Shown in pieces: positions 10,238-20,194 of a DNA stretch of 64,000 bases. Below the pieces are notes generated by a model. That model saw only the letters and a program-made list of their open reading frames with translations. It searched no databases and was not told where the DNA came from. The stretch lies in the IMG/VR virus record IMGVR_UViG_3300020036_001703; one strand, 5' to 3'. The position numbers and the translations under genes were made by a program. This DNA comes from a virus. Lineage: Duplodnaviria; Heunggongvirae; Uroviricota; Caudoviricetes. Position 1 is the stretch's first letter. Each line of letters begins with the position of its first letter.

Positions 10238-11437
10238 ATGTTACCTATTTTACCGGATGCACCTAGTCGTACAGATCCGACCAATTTCTCAGCTAAGGCT
10301 GATGCCTGGGTAGCTGCTTTACCAGCTTGGACTGAAGCAGCTAATTTATTAGAACAGAGTTTACAACTAGTGTCAACTACTGGAACAAGTACAACAAGTA
10401 AAACTATTGCAAATGGTTCTTGGACTCTTGCAACTCAAGCTGGAAAGGCTTGGGTAGTTGGTTGTTATTTATATTTTGCAAGTTCATCAGATCCAACAAA
10501 GGTAATGACTGGACAAGTAACTTCATATAATTCAACGACAGGATCTCTTACTGTAAATATCACAGTTGTTAGAGGTTCAGGAACATATGCAGATTGGGTT
10601 ATTGGATTAGCTGTACCTGATCAAGCTGCACTGAATTTATCTGGAGGAGCAGGAGGAAGTATTCCTTATCAATCTGGAGCTAATACAACAAGTATGCTTG
10701 CGGCTGGTACTGCAGGTCAGATATTACAAAGTAATGGAAGTGGATCACCAAGCTGGATACCTAATAATGGTAAGCTGATTAACACCCAAATCTTTACATC
10801 AAGTGGTACATATACCCCTAGTGTTGGTACTAGCTTCATAATTGTAGAGATGGTTGCAGGCGGTGGTGGAGGTGGTTCTATCAATGGGACAAGTGCAACT
10901 AATCCAGGTGCTGCTGGTGGTGGTGGATCAGGAGTATATCAGAAGTTTCATGCGTCTGGTGTTGGTTCAGTTGCTGTAACTGTAGGTACAGGAGGTGCTG
11001 GTGCCAGCACGTCACAATCAATTGGAGTGGCAGGTACACATTCACAATTCGGTACGATTGGGTTAGTTCATGGTGGATATCCTGGTAAATCAAGTGATTG
11101 TACTTTGACAGCACCTATCATTGCTTTTGGTGGAAACACATACACTTATCTTGCTACATGCACAGCAACTCTTCTTTCCAGGACAGGTTCTCCTGGTCAA
11201 CCCGGTATGGCTTTGAGTAATTATTCAGATGGAATTCAACACTGTAATCAAAAAGGCGGTGACGGAGGATCAAACCCATTAGGTCAAGGTGGTCTTGGTG
11301 GCTACAACAGTCAAGGCTCTGCTGGACAAGGATATGGCGCTGGCGGCGGCGGATCTAGTACAAATAACTCACCAAGCACTCTTCGATCTGGTGGCAGTGG
11401 ATCTAATGGAATCGTAATTGTTTACGAATATACCTAA
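10238..11437 (+). CDS. tail fibre / receptor-binding protein paralogue B (glycine-rich C-terminus)
   Basis: 399 aa; shares the N-terminus with 9161..10222 then diverges; poly-Gly tracts (GGGGGGS, AGGGGSG). Confidence 0.5.
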   Translation: MLPILPDAPSRTDPTNFSAKADAWVAALPAWTEAANLLEQSLQLVSTTGTSTTSKTIANGSWTLATQAGKAWVVGCYLYFASSSDPTKVMTGQVTSYNSTTGSLTVNITVVRGSGTYADWVIGLAVPDQAALNLSGGAGGSIPYQSGANTTSMLAAGTAGQILQSNGSGSPSWIPNNGKLINTQIFTSSGTYTPSVGTSFIIVEMVAGGGGGGSINGTSATNPGAAGGGGSGVYQKFHASGVGSVAVTVGTGGAGASTSQSIGVAGTHSQFGTIGLVHGGYPGKSSDCTLTAPIIAFGGNTYTYLATCTATLLSRTGSPGQPGMALSNYSDGIQHCNQKGGDGGSNPLGQGGLGGYNSQGSAGQGYGAGGGGSSTNNSPSTLRSGGSGSNGIVIVYEYT

Positions 11438-11464
11438 TTAAAGTCTAAAAATCTAGGAAGTAAT

Positions 11465-11827
11465 ATGGACGAAAATACTAAAGAAAATATTCATCTTCAA
11501 ATTGTAGCAGAAAGAATTACATCTTTGCATTCTGATGTGAATGATTTGAAGGATTCTGTGAGGGATTCTATGAAAGAAGTTGCTGCTGCTGTAACAAAAT
11601 TAGTTCATATGGAAGAGAGACAATTTCAAAGTAGTCAAGCTATTGAGAGAGCTTTCAAAGCATCTGAAGATAATCAGAAAGATGTAAGAGAATTAAATAA
11701 ACGAATCACTGATCTTGAACGAGAAGTTCCTCGAAATAAAGAAACTTCAGAATGGATTAGGGGGATTATGTACGGTGCTGTAGGTTTATGTGCAATGTTT
11801 ATTGCTAAAAAAGTTGGATTAATTTAA
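11465..11827 (+). CDS. coiled-coil protein with C-terminal transmembrane anchor (lysis-associated?)
   Basis: 120 aa; charged coiled coil then hydrophobic C-terminus IMYGAVGLCAMFIA. Confidence 0.4.
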   Translation: MDENTKENIHLQIVAERITSLHSDVNDLKDSVRDSMKEVAAAVTKLVHMEERQFQSSQAIERAFKASEDNQKDVRELNKRITDLEREVPRNKETSEWIRGIMYGAVGLCAMFIAKKVGLI

Positions 11828-11836
11828 GGGAACAAC

Positions 11837-12346
11837 ATGCTTCCAATCCTCGCTGGTATCGTATCTACTCTAATAAGTAATAACCTTCCTAAAGTAGCTC
11901 AAATTGTAGTAGATAAAGGAGTTGATTATGTTTCAGATAAATTAGGTGTAGAACTTAAACCTGACATGTCTACCGAAGATATTCAGAAGATTGCAGAAGC
12001 TGCTCAAAAGCATGAAGAATTCTGTATTGAGCAGGCTTATAAAGATACTGCAGATGCAAGAGATATGCAGAAAGAAGCTCTAAAACAAACTGATGTTTGG
12101 TCTAAAAGATTTATCTATATCTTTGCAGGCGCTTGGTCATTGTTTGCAATGGTTTTTATTTTTGCAATTTCATTTGGACATATTCAACCTGAATCGGTTA
12201 GGTTTGTTGACACTATTTTAGGATTTCTTTTAGGTACTGTAGTTAGTACAGTAATTCAGTTCTTCTTTGGTAGTAGTGTTTCTTCTAGAAAGAAAACTGA
12301 TGAACTTGTGGAAGGATTAAAAGATGCTCGAAAATCTAACAATTGA
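11837..12346 (+). CDS. putative holin-like membrane protein
   Basis: 169 aa with two hydrophobic helices in the C-terminal half; upstream of the endolysin. Confidence 0.35.
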   Translation: MLPILAGIVSTLISNNLPKVAQIVVDKGVDYVSDKLGVELKPDMSTEDIQKIAEAAQKHEEFCIEQAYKDTADARDMQKEALKQTDVWSKRFIYIFAGAWSLFAMVFIFAISFGHIQPESVRFVDTILGFLLGTVVSTVIQFFFGSSVSSRKKTDELVEGLKDARKSNN

Positions 12347-13244
12347 ACAACTTCAAGTTTGTAATATTAAAAGGGAATTTCTACAGGTAATGTGGAGTAT
12401 TTCATCAAAGAACAAATATTCTAAATGGTACATAGGTATCATATTAAACATAATACACCGTGGACACCTTGACAAAAAGAAAGCTAAACTTGCTCTTGGA
12501 TATGTTGAAGGTCACCACATCATACCTGTAAGTTTTGATAAGAGCCTTTCAAAAGATAAGAATAATGTAATATTCTGTACAGCAAGAGAACATTTTCTAA
12601 TTCACCTCTTAATGACTAAGATGTTTTCAAATCCAAAATTAGCTGGGCTGAGTAAGTCTGCAATTAGAGGGTTTACCATGAAAAATTCCAGTCAGAACAG
12701 AAACATCAATTCAAGATCATTTGAAATTATCAGGAAGTTGTGTTCTGAATCAACTATTGGAAACACGTATGGGAGTAAGACAAAAGGGTATATTTGTTAT
12801 ACAAATGGTACTAATTGCAAATTTCTTCCTGCTGGAAAGTCACCTCCCCCTGGGTACTTTATGGGTAGTAACCTCAAAGGTAAAATACGGATCACAAATG
12901 GTGAAAGCCAGAGATCTATAAATAATATTGATGAAATACCCAATGGGTGGTGGACTGGTTCAGCAAAGAGGGAAAAGCCGAACTCAAATAAAGGTAAGAA
13001 AAGAGCACCAAGGAAGGACGATCATCTGATATACTTAAAGGTGTCAGAATCTTGCAAGAATCTAATATGGATTACTGACGGCAAGGTTAATGTTCGATTG
13101 AATATTAATGATGCTATACCTGAGGGATGGGTGCGTGGCAGAAGCGGAATAAACTTCAGGAAAGAGGCTTGCGTGCACTGTGGAAGAATCTTGGACATTG
13201 GTAACCTAAGCCGCCACCAATCTGTTTGTAAGGAGAAAAAATGA
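12324..13244 (+). CDS. HNH homing endonuclease
   Basis: GHHIIPVS...NVIFCTAREHFLIH HNH core; repeated IPNGWW/IPEGWVRG DNA-binding-type motifs; lysine-rich; sits inside the lysis cassette. Confidence 0.65.
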   Translation: MLENLTIEQLQVCNIKREFLQVMWSISSKNKYSKWYIGIILNIIHRGHLDKKKAKLALGYVEGHHIIPVSFDKSLSKDKNNVIFCTAREHFLIHLLMTKMFSNPKLAGLSKSAIRGFTMKNSSQNRNINSRSFEIIRKLCSESTIGNTYGSKTKGYICYTNGTNCKFLPAGKSPPPGYFMGSNLKGKIRITNGESQRSINNIDEIPNGWWTGSAKREKPNSNKGKKRAPRKDDHLIYLKVSESCKNLIWITDGKVNVRLNINDAIPEGWVRGRSGINFRKEACVHCGRILDIGNLSRHQSVCKEKK

Positions 13245-13729
13245 ATATAGAAAACTCTAAAGAACTATGTGTTTTAAAACTACTCATACCATTTGAAGGT
13301 ACTGGGCCAGTTAAGGACGGATTGTTTTTGGCTTACAAAGATCCAGCATCTAAAACGGGGTTACCTATTACGATTGCCTGGGGGTTAACATATGATGAGG
13401 CTGGTTTGCCAATAAAATTAGGTGACACTTGGACATTAGAAAAAGCCAAAAAGGTTAAGTTATCAGTGTTGGATGATTTATGCAAGAGAATATTAAAGTC
13501 GTGTCCAGTCTTAGAAAAAAGTAGTGATGAAAAATTTGCTGCTGTTTTATCTTTCTGTTACAACGTTGGAATGGCAAACTTCAATTCAAGTACATTACGC
13601 AAGAAAATTTTAATGGAAGACTGGCAAGGTGCTTCAAAAGAATTCCTAAAGTGGGATAAAGCGGGAGGTAAAACAATGAAAGGATTAACCCGTAGAAGAT
13701 TAGCAGAGTCACTTCTATTCTCAGAATGA
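13241..13729 (+). CDS. endolysin, GH24 lysozyme family
   Basis: 162 aa; start ATGA-overlaps the preceding stop; T4/lambda-lysozyme-like C-terminal region ...GLTRRRLAESLLF. Confidence 0.7.
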   Translation: MNIENSKELCVLKLLIPFEGTGPVKDGLFLAYKDPASKTGLPITIAWGLTYDEAGLPIKLGDTWTLEKAKKVKLSVLDDLCKRILKSCPVLEKSSDEKFAAVLSFCYNVGMANFNSSTLRKKILMEDWQGASKEFLKWDKAGGKTMKGLTRRRLAESLLFSE

Positions 13730-13836
13730 ATGCAACTAAAGGTCTTACTAAAAGAATCAATGGTGGATTAATTGGTATTGAAAAACGTAAAGCTTTGTAT
13801 TCCAAAGCTATTGGAATTTTATCTTAAAAATAAATA

Positions 13837-13896
13837 AAGCCCCTAGAGGACTTCAAGGACTAATAATCCAAGAGGTTCCCTAGGGGCTTTTTCTTT
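13837..13896. terminator. bidirectional intrinsic terminator between convergent genes
   Basis: AAGCCCCTAGAGGA...TCCCTAGGGGCTT stem with T-runs on both strands. Confidence 0.6.
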
Positions 13897-13967
13897 GTCA
13901 AATTGGATTCAAGAAGAATAGACCAATAAGATTAAACCAAATAATAATCCATCCCATATATTACTCC

Positions 13968-14507
13968 TTATCGTTGTTTCTTAAGACCTTTTTGAATCAA
14001 TCGAAGTTCACGAAGTTGTTTCTCTAGATCAGTAATCTTAGCTGCATTCTTAGAAATCAAACTTTGAACAACTTGTTGATCTGTTGTTTGATTAACTTTC
14101 TTTGGAATTTCTTTAACTGCCTTTTCATTACTAAATGGTTCATTTTTGGTGTAATCAGTTCCTAACTTATTAATCCAATATTTTGCACCATCAATCAGGT
14201 TGCTAGAAAGCTCCAGATCATCAATAAAATCTTTCACACAAACAGTATCTTCAAGAGTTTTAAAAGAAGCTACAGTCATTCGATAGTCTTTACCTTTGCC
14301 CTGACTATAGAAAGGACTTCCAATCTGAGGTGCTCCTTCTAATGATCGCATGATACACTTGTTGTCTAATCCAAGAATACAACCTTTCCAGACTTCACCA
14401 ATAACCTTCTTATTACGCTCATAATACTCTACTTCAAGTACAACGTGGTATAAACCTTTAGGAAGGTCTTCAGCCCAATATGTACCATACACCTTTTCAA
14501 ATTCCAT
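13968..14507 (-). CDS. hypothetical protein
   Basis: 179-aa ORF, basic C-terminus. Confidence 0.5.
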   Translation of the reverse strand: MEFEKVYGTYWAEDLPKGLYHVVLEVEYYERNKKVIGEVWKGCILGLDNKCIMRSLEGAPQIGSPFYSQGKGKDYRMTVASFKTLEDTVCVKDFIDDLELSSNLIDGAKYWINKLGTDYTKNEPFSNEKAVKEIPKKVNQTTDQQVVQSLISKNAAKITDLEKQLRELRLIQKGLKKQR

Positions 14508-14611
14508 TTCAATTCTCCTTTTTGAAATTAAACTTATCCATGAACTCCAACCAATACAAGTGAAGTTTAATACAAATCTTCAAATATGCAGTCTTGATCT
14601 TTTCAATTCTC

Positions 14612-14863
14612 TTAATCATTTTCAATCCTTTCTTTGAGTTGTTGAAGTGTAGCAAGAGTTTGAGAACCTGTCAATCGTTGGATTTCAAATCCGTTGTTGT
14701 CTAACAACACCATAGTTGGGAGAGTCCTGACTTCATACTTCTTAAATGTTTGAGAGTGCAAGTCGATGTCAAAGTCTTCTGTTTCAATCAATAGATTCTT
14801 CAGGTTTGATTTCAGTGACTTGCAACCTGAGCACCAGTCACTTCCGAATGTTAATAGTTTCAT
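14612..14863 (-). CDS. thioredoxin/glutaredoxin-like redoxin (RNR-associated)
   Basis: WCSGC active-site motif; start re-assigned to the internal ATG with AAGGA RBS (the longer track ORF 14612..15001 would overlap nrdA). Confidence 0.55.
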   Translation of the reverse strand: MKLLTFGSDWCSGCKSLKSNLKNLLIETEDFDIDLHSQTFKKYEVRTLPTMVLLDNNGFEIQRLTGSQTLATLQQLKERIEND

Positions 14864-14906
14864 TTTTATTCCTTTAATGAAACCCTGCCCGAAGGCAGGG
14901 AGTTTG

Positions 14907-16643
14907 TTATTGACACATCTGGCAACTTTCAACACGAGTGATACTACCACTACCGCGCATTGAATAGATATAATACAGACTAAGAATGTTCTCATCTTCA
15001 AATGCTAACTTATGAATTTTACTAATATATTCTTCAGAATCATTTGATGTAAAGTATGTGTTTATCGACTGAGCTTGGTCAATCTCTTTTTGTCGTTGAG
15101 AGCATAATTGAAGATAAGCCTCCATTGGAGTTTCAAATGCTGTTCGGAATACAGCCTTTTCTCTATCTGTTAACCAATCAGCTTGTTGGACACTACCTTT
15201 GTTATCAACCATTGCACGAATGTTCTGTTCAGAGTAGACACCTTTAGACTTCATTAGTTCAAGTAGAACTTTGTTGATTCGAAAGAACTCTCCACCAGCA
15301 GATTGTTTAGTAAAAGCCATTGCTGTATCAAGTCCAATACCTTCACTGGCTCCTGCCATGATTTCACAAGTACTTTTTGTTGGAGGCATCATGAGTCTAG
15401 TAGCATTCCTGATCCCAAAACCCTTGCACCCATCAGGCTCACCTAAAACAGAAGCCAACCATTGAGTTGTTTCTTTACTCTCTTTATTCAACCTCTTGAA
15501 TATCTCACCATTGAGAAGATAGCATTCCATTTCTCCAATCACTAAACCTTCTCTTTGCATCAAAGTGTGCCAACCCAGAACACCACTACCAAGTGCTCGA
15601 AACTCCTTAGTAAACTTGTAGATACGCTTCATAGCCTGCTTATCGAGTGAACTCATTTCATCCATAGTTTCAAGATATTCAGATACATTACAATCTGACA
15701 TGATTTGACCAATCCAAACGATATGCTCAGGCCATGAACGATATAGTTCAAGATTGTAATTGAGAATCACGCAGCTAAAAGTATATTCCTCATTTGAAGG
15801 TAGACATGTCTCCTGGCAAAGATTACTTGCACGGACACTTAAGCCTTTCACCTTAAAAGGTTCAGCTAAATGCCTATTCATTTTAGAAATGAAAGTAAAA
15901 TAGCCTTTACCCCTTGGCATCTTGACACCAAGAATTCTCTGAAGCTTCTTTTTATAATCGCTTCGTTCAGAAAGATTCTTCACAAAGTCATCGTCAATCA
16001 ACCACCCTACATTGTTAGATTCTGAATTTTCATATAGATAATCAAGAACCTTGTCAAAATCCCCATGTTGAGGGCGAATACTGTATGCAAGGCTTCCTCT
16101 CCGAGAACCTTGAGTAACTTCATTCATCGTGTTAATGAAATCTCTAATCAAAGGCATTACACCAAGACTATTACCACCTCTAGGGAGTTTAGCACCCTCG
16201 TGAGGCCAATCATCAATACAATAACTTGTACCATGACTGTGCTTTGTTAGGATAGCTGCTTCAGTAATTGCGTTGTACCGATCAAATAAATTCTCACCTA
16301 CGTTACCACCTGCACAACTAACTGTAGTTCCTCGTTTACGAAGTCCGCCATTGGCAAGCAAAGGAGTACTCGCACTAATGAAACCTTCCCACATTGAATT
16401 GAAGAATACTTCTTCATACGTCTTACCTTTAGTAAACGGGTCATCCTTCCACCAACTTGGGTACTCTTTCGGGGCGTGTTGTGCAAGTGCTTTTGAAATA
16501 GTATTAAAGCGGCTTCGGACTGTCTCTCCTTTAAATGAGTACTTCTCATAAAACAACTGTGTTCCTGCGGTCGTGAACCAATCAGGGATTTCATTTTCTT
16601 TTTGTAAATTCTTTCTCAGTGTCGAATAGTCAATCATTCCCAT
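14907..16643 (-). CDS. nrdA: ribonucleotide reductase large subunit (class I, no ATP cone)
   Basis: Catalytic SNLCQE motif (Cys/Glu); C-terminal CxxC redox pair (ESCQMCQ); 578 aa. Confidence 0.85.
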   Translation of the reverse strand: MGMIDYSTLRKNLQKENEIPDWFTTAGTQLFYEKYSFKGETVRSRFNTISKALAQHAPKEYPSWWKDDPFTKGKTYEEVFFNSMWEGFISASTPLLANGGLRKRGTTVSCAGGNVGENLFDRYNAITEAAILTKHSHGTSYCIDDWPHEGAKLPRGGNSLGVMPLIRDFINTMNEVTQGSRRGSLAYSIRPQHGDFDKVLDYLYENSESNNVGWLIDDDFVKNLSERSDYKKKLQRILGVKMPRGKGYFTFISKMNRHLAEPFKVKGLSVRASNLCQETCLPSNEEYTFSCVILNYNLELYRSWPEHIVWIGQIMSDCNVSEYLETMDEMSSLDKQAMKRIYKFTKEFRALGSGVLGWHTLMQREGLVIGEMECYLLNGEIFKRLNKESKETTQWLASVLGEPDGCKGFGIRNATRLMMPPTKSTCEIMAGASEGIGLDTAMAFTKQSAGGEFFRINKVLLELMKSKGVYSEQNIRAMVDNKGSVQQADWLTDREKAVFRTAFETPMEAYLQLCSQRQKEIDQAQSINTYFTSNDSEEYISKIHKLAFEDENILSLYYIYSMRGSGSITRVESCQMCQ

Positions 16644-17647
16644 GCCTTTGTAAAACTTGTTTCATCCCAAGCTGTTTCATATTCCATACCCATACCTGGA
16701 GTAAAGAAGTCAACAACCTTATAAGCGTATGTGTTTTTCTCAAACCAATCAATAATACTGCACTCACCAATCTCAAAGATCGGGTCAAGCCCAAGTCGTT
16801 CAGCAAACACATTGAATCTGTGTTTTACCATTTCTTTAAACTCTTGTTTCTTAACTCCATTCAAACTTTCATCTGGAATAGCCATGTCAATAATTCGGCA
16901 TTCGTGCATGTACGCATATTGAATAGCGGATAAAACACTGTCTACTCTCCTTGTATCCTCTTTCAGTGAAGACCCTATTTCTTGGTAATATGTGTTAATG
17001 ATCTCTGCCGATACTTGTCCATGTAAATCCTCGTCAATTGCTGACTGATTTGTACCTCGGACTGTGACCGGAATCAGGTTGCACCCATTACTTTGAAAAC
17101 TTTTCAAGATTGCAAAAGAACTAAAGAGTAAGCAAGTCTCTGTCATTGAAAAAATAATTGTAGCTAGTACCTTATCTTCATGATTGAGAACTGCATTTAA
17201 CCAGCTAACCCGTTCAGCAAGTTCAGTGTCTTTTGTATAAGCAACATAATGCTCATCAGTATCCAAACCTAGTTGAATGTTTAGTTGATTATAGAATTCT
17301 GCATGGACTGCACGTTCAATAGCATCAATTACACTAGACACTAACTTAACCTCAGGTCGCGGAAATGTCTTAGCTACAGTATCTTTCCAAAAGTCGCCAA
17401 CCATCAGTTCATACTTTAGGAATAAATTCAAAACAAATTTAATAGCGTGCAACTGTTGTGGGCTAAGAACATATAGCATTTGCATACGATCTAGCTCAAC
17501 TTTCATTTCTGTGCTCGTCCAGAACTGCTTATCAAGTTGTTGATTAGCTAACTCAACAATTCTAGGGTAGTGCCGAACATATGAGTCTGTTGGTTGCATT
17601 ATACGAGGTAAAGTTTCTCTCATAGTATTATTATTACTCCACATCAA
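16634..17647 (-). CDS. nrdB: ribonucleotide reductase small subunit
   Basis: 337-aa ORF overlapping the nrdA start; helical ferritin-like composition with E/H motifs (ERAVHAEFY); operon context. Confidence 0.65.
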   Translation of the reverse strand: MMWSNNNTMRETLPRIMQPTDSYVRHYPRIVELANQQLDKQFWTSTEMKVELDRMQMLYVLSPQQLHAIKFVLNLFLKYELMVGDFWKDTVAKTFPRPEVKLVSSVIDAIERAVHAEFYNQLNIQLGLDTDEHYVAYTKDTELAERVSWLNAVLNHEDKVLATIIFSMTETCLLFSSFAILKSFQSNGCNLIPVTVRGTNQSAIDEDLHGQVSAEIINTYYQEIGSSLKEDTRRVDSVLSAIQYAYMHECRIIDMAIPDESLNGVKKQEFKEMVKHRFNVFAERLGLDPIFEIGECSIIDWFEKNTYAYKVVDFFTPGMGMEYETAWDETSFTKAWE

Positions 17648-17975
17648 CTTGACCTTTCAAACGGTAAAGATCAATAACCAATTTATTACCCTTTGATTTA
17701 TCTTTAGCTTCGATACTTGCATGACCAGATTCTAACCAGTCCGCATCTTGACGTTCATTACCAACTACACGATCTGAAATAACAACTTCATTGAAATAAT
17801 TTCTATGTTGGATATTTTCTTGATATTCATACGGCACTGCCGTATCTACACCAAGTTCAAATAGAATCTTATTGAATTCTTCTAGATTCTTGTCAATCCA
17901 ATTCTTATTTACTTCTGGACGAATCTTATTGATTTCAGAAAGAGAAATGTAACGCAGTGCTACGATATTAAGCAT
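17634..17975 (-). CDS. hypothetical protein
   Basis: 113-aa ORF overlapping the nrdB start. Confidence 0.45.
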   Translation of the reverse strand: MLNIVALRYISLSEINKIRPEVNKNWIDKNLEEFNKILFELGVDTAVPYEYQENIQHRNYFNEVVISDRVVGNERQDADWLESGHASIEAKDKSKGNKLVIDLYRLKGQVDVE

Positions 17976-18057
17976 TTATAACTCCTTTATAGGAGACATG
18001 CTACTTTAAATACTCAAAGGAGTACAGATTATAGCATGTCATTGTATGTTTTTCTAG

Positions 18058-18720
18058 TTAAATCTTAAACACCTTAGCTACTGCTTCTGCGATAGCTTTA
18101 GCCAGTTCTTGATGTTCTTTTTGTGTGCCATCTGCAGTGCGAAGTTCAATGTAATGGATAAAACTACGAAGAGTGCCTTGTACATACAATCGAGAAACAG
18201 TATTACCTTCAGGAAGGATAGCTCTTGCTTGCTCTTTTGCGAGACCACAACCGATTGCCCAATTATAGTGTTCAGTAACCAAGTCTAATACTTCTTGTTG
18301 CCTTCGATTCCAGTCTGCAATAATGAACCTGTTATCCTCGTCATCTTCATCAAGTTGAATACTACTCTGTCGATTCTTCAGATCCTGCATACGAGCTTCA
18401 CGAAGAACAAACCCAAGATCCTTTGTAGGATCAGCGTACCTTTGACTAAACTCTTGGAAAGTGAAACTTCGATGGCGAAGAAGTTGTCTTGCGATGTCTC
18501 GTGTAGTTTCTACTTCTACAGTAATTGAAGCCATTTCAAAAGGAGAAAAATGCTTATGTTTCAGAAGATATCCAATTAACTTATCAGATGTTTCTGTATT
18601 AAATTGATTACTCGGATTAGAAACTCTTGCACAATACGCGACTAAATCTTTAATATCTGTAAAACTATCTTTGAATTCTTCAGATGCCTGTGTATATCCT
18701 ACTAACTTTGCTTTTTGCAT
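18058..18720 (-). CDS. thyX: flavin-dependent thymidylate synthase
   Basis: RHRSFTFQEFSQRY matches the ThyX RHR...S.RY signature; 220 aa. Confidence 0.8.
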   Translation of the reverse strand: MQKAKLVGYTQASEEFKDSFTDIKDLVAYCARVSNPSNQFNTETSDKLIGYLLKHKHFSPFEMASITVEVETTRDIARQLLRHRSFTFQEFSQRYADPTKDLGFVLREARMQDLKNRQSSIQLDEDDEDNRFIIADWNRRQQEVLDLVTEHYNWAIGCGLAKEQARAILPEGNTVSRLYVQGTLRSFIHYIELRTADGTQKEHQELAKAIAEAVAKVFKI

Positions 18721-18728
18721 AATTCTCC

Positions 18729-19034
18729 TTATTGTACTGTCACATACACTTTCTTAACTTCAACAACTTCTTCAATCCTAACTCGATACATAATATCATT
18801 AGGATACTCACTTTCACCAGATCCATAATGGCTTTCATAGCTATCCCAATCTAGCGCATAAATATCTCCAGAACTTACTTCTGTAAAATAACTTGTAGCT
18901 GAAGCCATGTCTTTATATAAAGTACCGTAATCAATAATAGTTTCTATGTGTTCATATTCAGCAGATCCTTCCCAAGCAATTTCTCTTGGTTCAGATACTT
19001 TAACTTTATTTTCATCAATTCTAATAAATTCCAT
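18729..19034 (-). CDS. hypothetical protein
   Basis: 101-aa acidic ORF. Confidence 0.45.
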   Translation of the reverse strand: MEFIRIDENKVKVSEPREIAWEGSAEYEHIETIIDYGTLYKDMASATSYFTEVSSGDIYALDWDSYESHYGSGESEYPNDIMYRVRIEEVVEVKKVYVTVQ

Positions 19035-19036
19035 AA

Positions 19037-19465
19037 TTACTCCTTTATCTCTTTCAAATTAGGATTGAGATCAAACTCAACCAATGCCATAAGATTAAAA
19101 ATAACACAAGTCAGCTCATGCAGATCAGGTTCCAAACCATTCGGATCATACTTATTACCCTTCATGTAACTTTGAAGGTGTCGATGGGCTGCTTTAAGAT
19201 ATTCAAATTTAGCATTAGGAACTTTCTTCCAGTTGTCACGATCAGGATACTTTCTCAAACCTACAGTATAATGTCTTGCTAATTCTTCAAGAGCATATGG
19301 CGGAATCAAAGTATAGTCTAGTTTATCCTTACTGTACTTCTTTCCTTTTGATGTGTCTTCAGTGATTTTATCAATTTCAACTTTTGTTGAAACAACCATT
19401 GGAGTTGAAAGTGCTTGATTGTATTCAAAATCACCAACGCAATGTGGAGGTGTTCTACTCATCAT
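19037..19465 (-). CDS. hypothetical protein
   Basis: 142-aa ORF. Confidence 0.45.
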   Translation of the reverse strand: MMSRTPPHCVGDFEYNQALSTPMVVSTKVEIDKITEDTSKGKKYSKDKLDYTLIPPYALEELARHYTVGLRKYPDRDNWKKVPNAKFEYLKAAHRHLQSYMKGNKYDPNGLEPDLHELTCVIFNLMALVEFDLNPNLKEIKE

Positions 19466-19472
19466 AATCCCC

Positions 19473-19985
19473 TTAGTTTAACTTAGGAAAGCAAACTGAA
19501 AGATCTACAGCTTTAAATCCTACAGGTTTCTTAACCTTTCCAGTAGCCTTATCTCTAATTACATAAACTTGATAATCTTCGTTATATGAAACATAAGTTT
19601 CAGTTCCCTTTTGTTTATAGAACTCTACAGTTTGTTCAGCGATTGAACGATCTTTTGGATACTTACTGAGATTATTTTCTGCAATAAGATCCATTGCATG
19701 AGCAATATTTGCTCCAGTTGTGTATTGCATCTTCTGCATATAACCCATAAGAGTTACCAGACAGTCAACTAACCCATCAAGAGTTTTAATATTATCGTTT
19801 GTCAAAACTCCATGCTTAAACTCATTAAATTCTTCTTCAATAAAATCAAGTTGACTAATGAAGCTTTCATCCGAAGTTTCCTGAATGGCTCCTGAAATAG
19901 AATTGAATGAGTAAGTATCACACCACAGATTACCAACAGTCGCATAATTAGAGTGATGTTTTAAATGTTCATTATCTGTTGTCAT
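19473..19985 (-). CDS. MazG-like nucleotide pyrophosphohydrolase, putative
   Basis: EEEFNEF ... DGLVDCLV acidic helix pairs reminiscent of the MazG EExxE/D motifs. Confidence 0.4.
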   Translation of the reverse strand: MTTDNEHLKHHSNYATVGNLWCDTYSFNSISGAIQETSDESFISQLDFIEEEFNEFKHGVLTNDNIKTLDGLVDCLVTLMGYMQKMQYTTGANIAHAMDLIAENNLSKYPKDRSIAEQTVEFYKQKGTETYVSYNEDYQVYVIRDKATGKVKKPVGFKAVDLSVCFPKLN

Positions 19986-20005
19986 GAATTTCCTTTCATT
20001 TGTTT

Positions 20006-20194
20006 TTAAATTATCTTAGCGTCTGACTTATCTACAAAGTTCAAACTTTGCCAAGAATCTTTTTCTCTTGTCCAATAAACATCAGGAGATTCTTTTATTA
20101 CTACAAAAGTTTCTCCTATGTGCTTACTATACCATAGTAATGGATCTCTACAAGAGATAATTTCAATCTTCTTTGGTGGATTTAACAACTGCAT
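20006..20194 (-). CDS. hypothetical protein
   Basis: 62-aa ORF. Confidence 0.3.
   Translation of the reverse strand: MQLLNPPKKIEIISCRDPLLWYSKHIGETFVVIKESPDVYWTREKDSWQSLNFVDKSDAKII

Noticed and set aside
14864-15001. Long N-terminal extension of the thioredoxin ORF
   Set aside because: It would overlap nrdA by ~95 nt and contains a terminator-like hairpin; the internal ATG with AAGGA RBS gives a conventional ~83-aa redoxin
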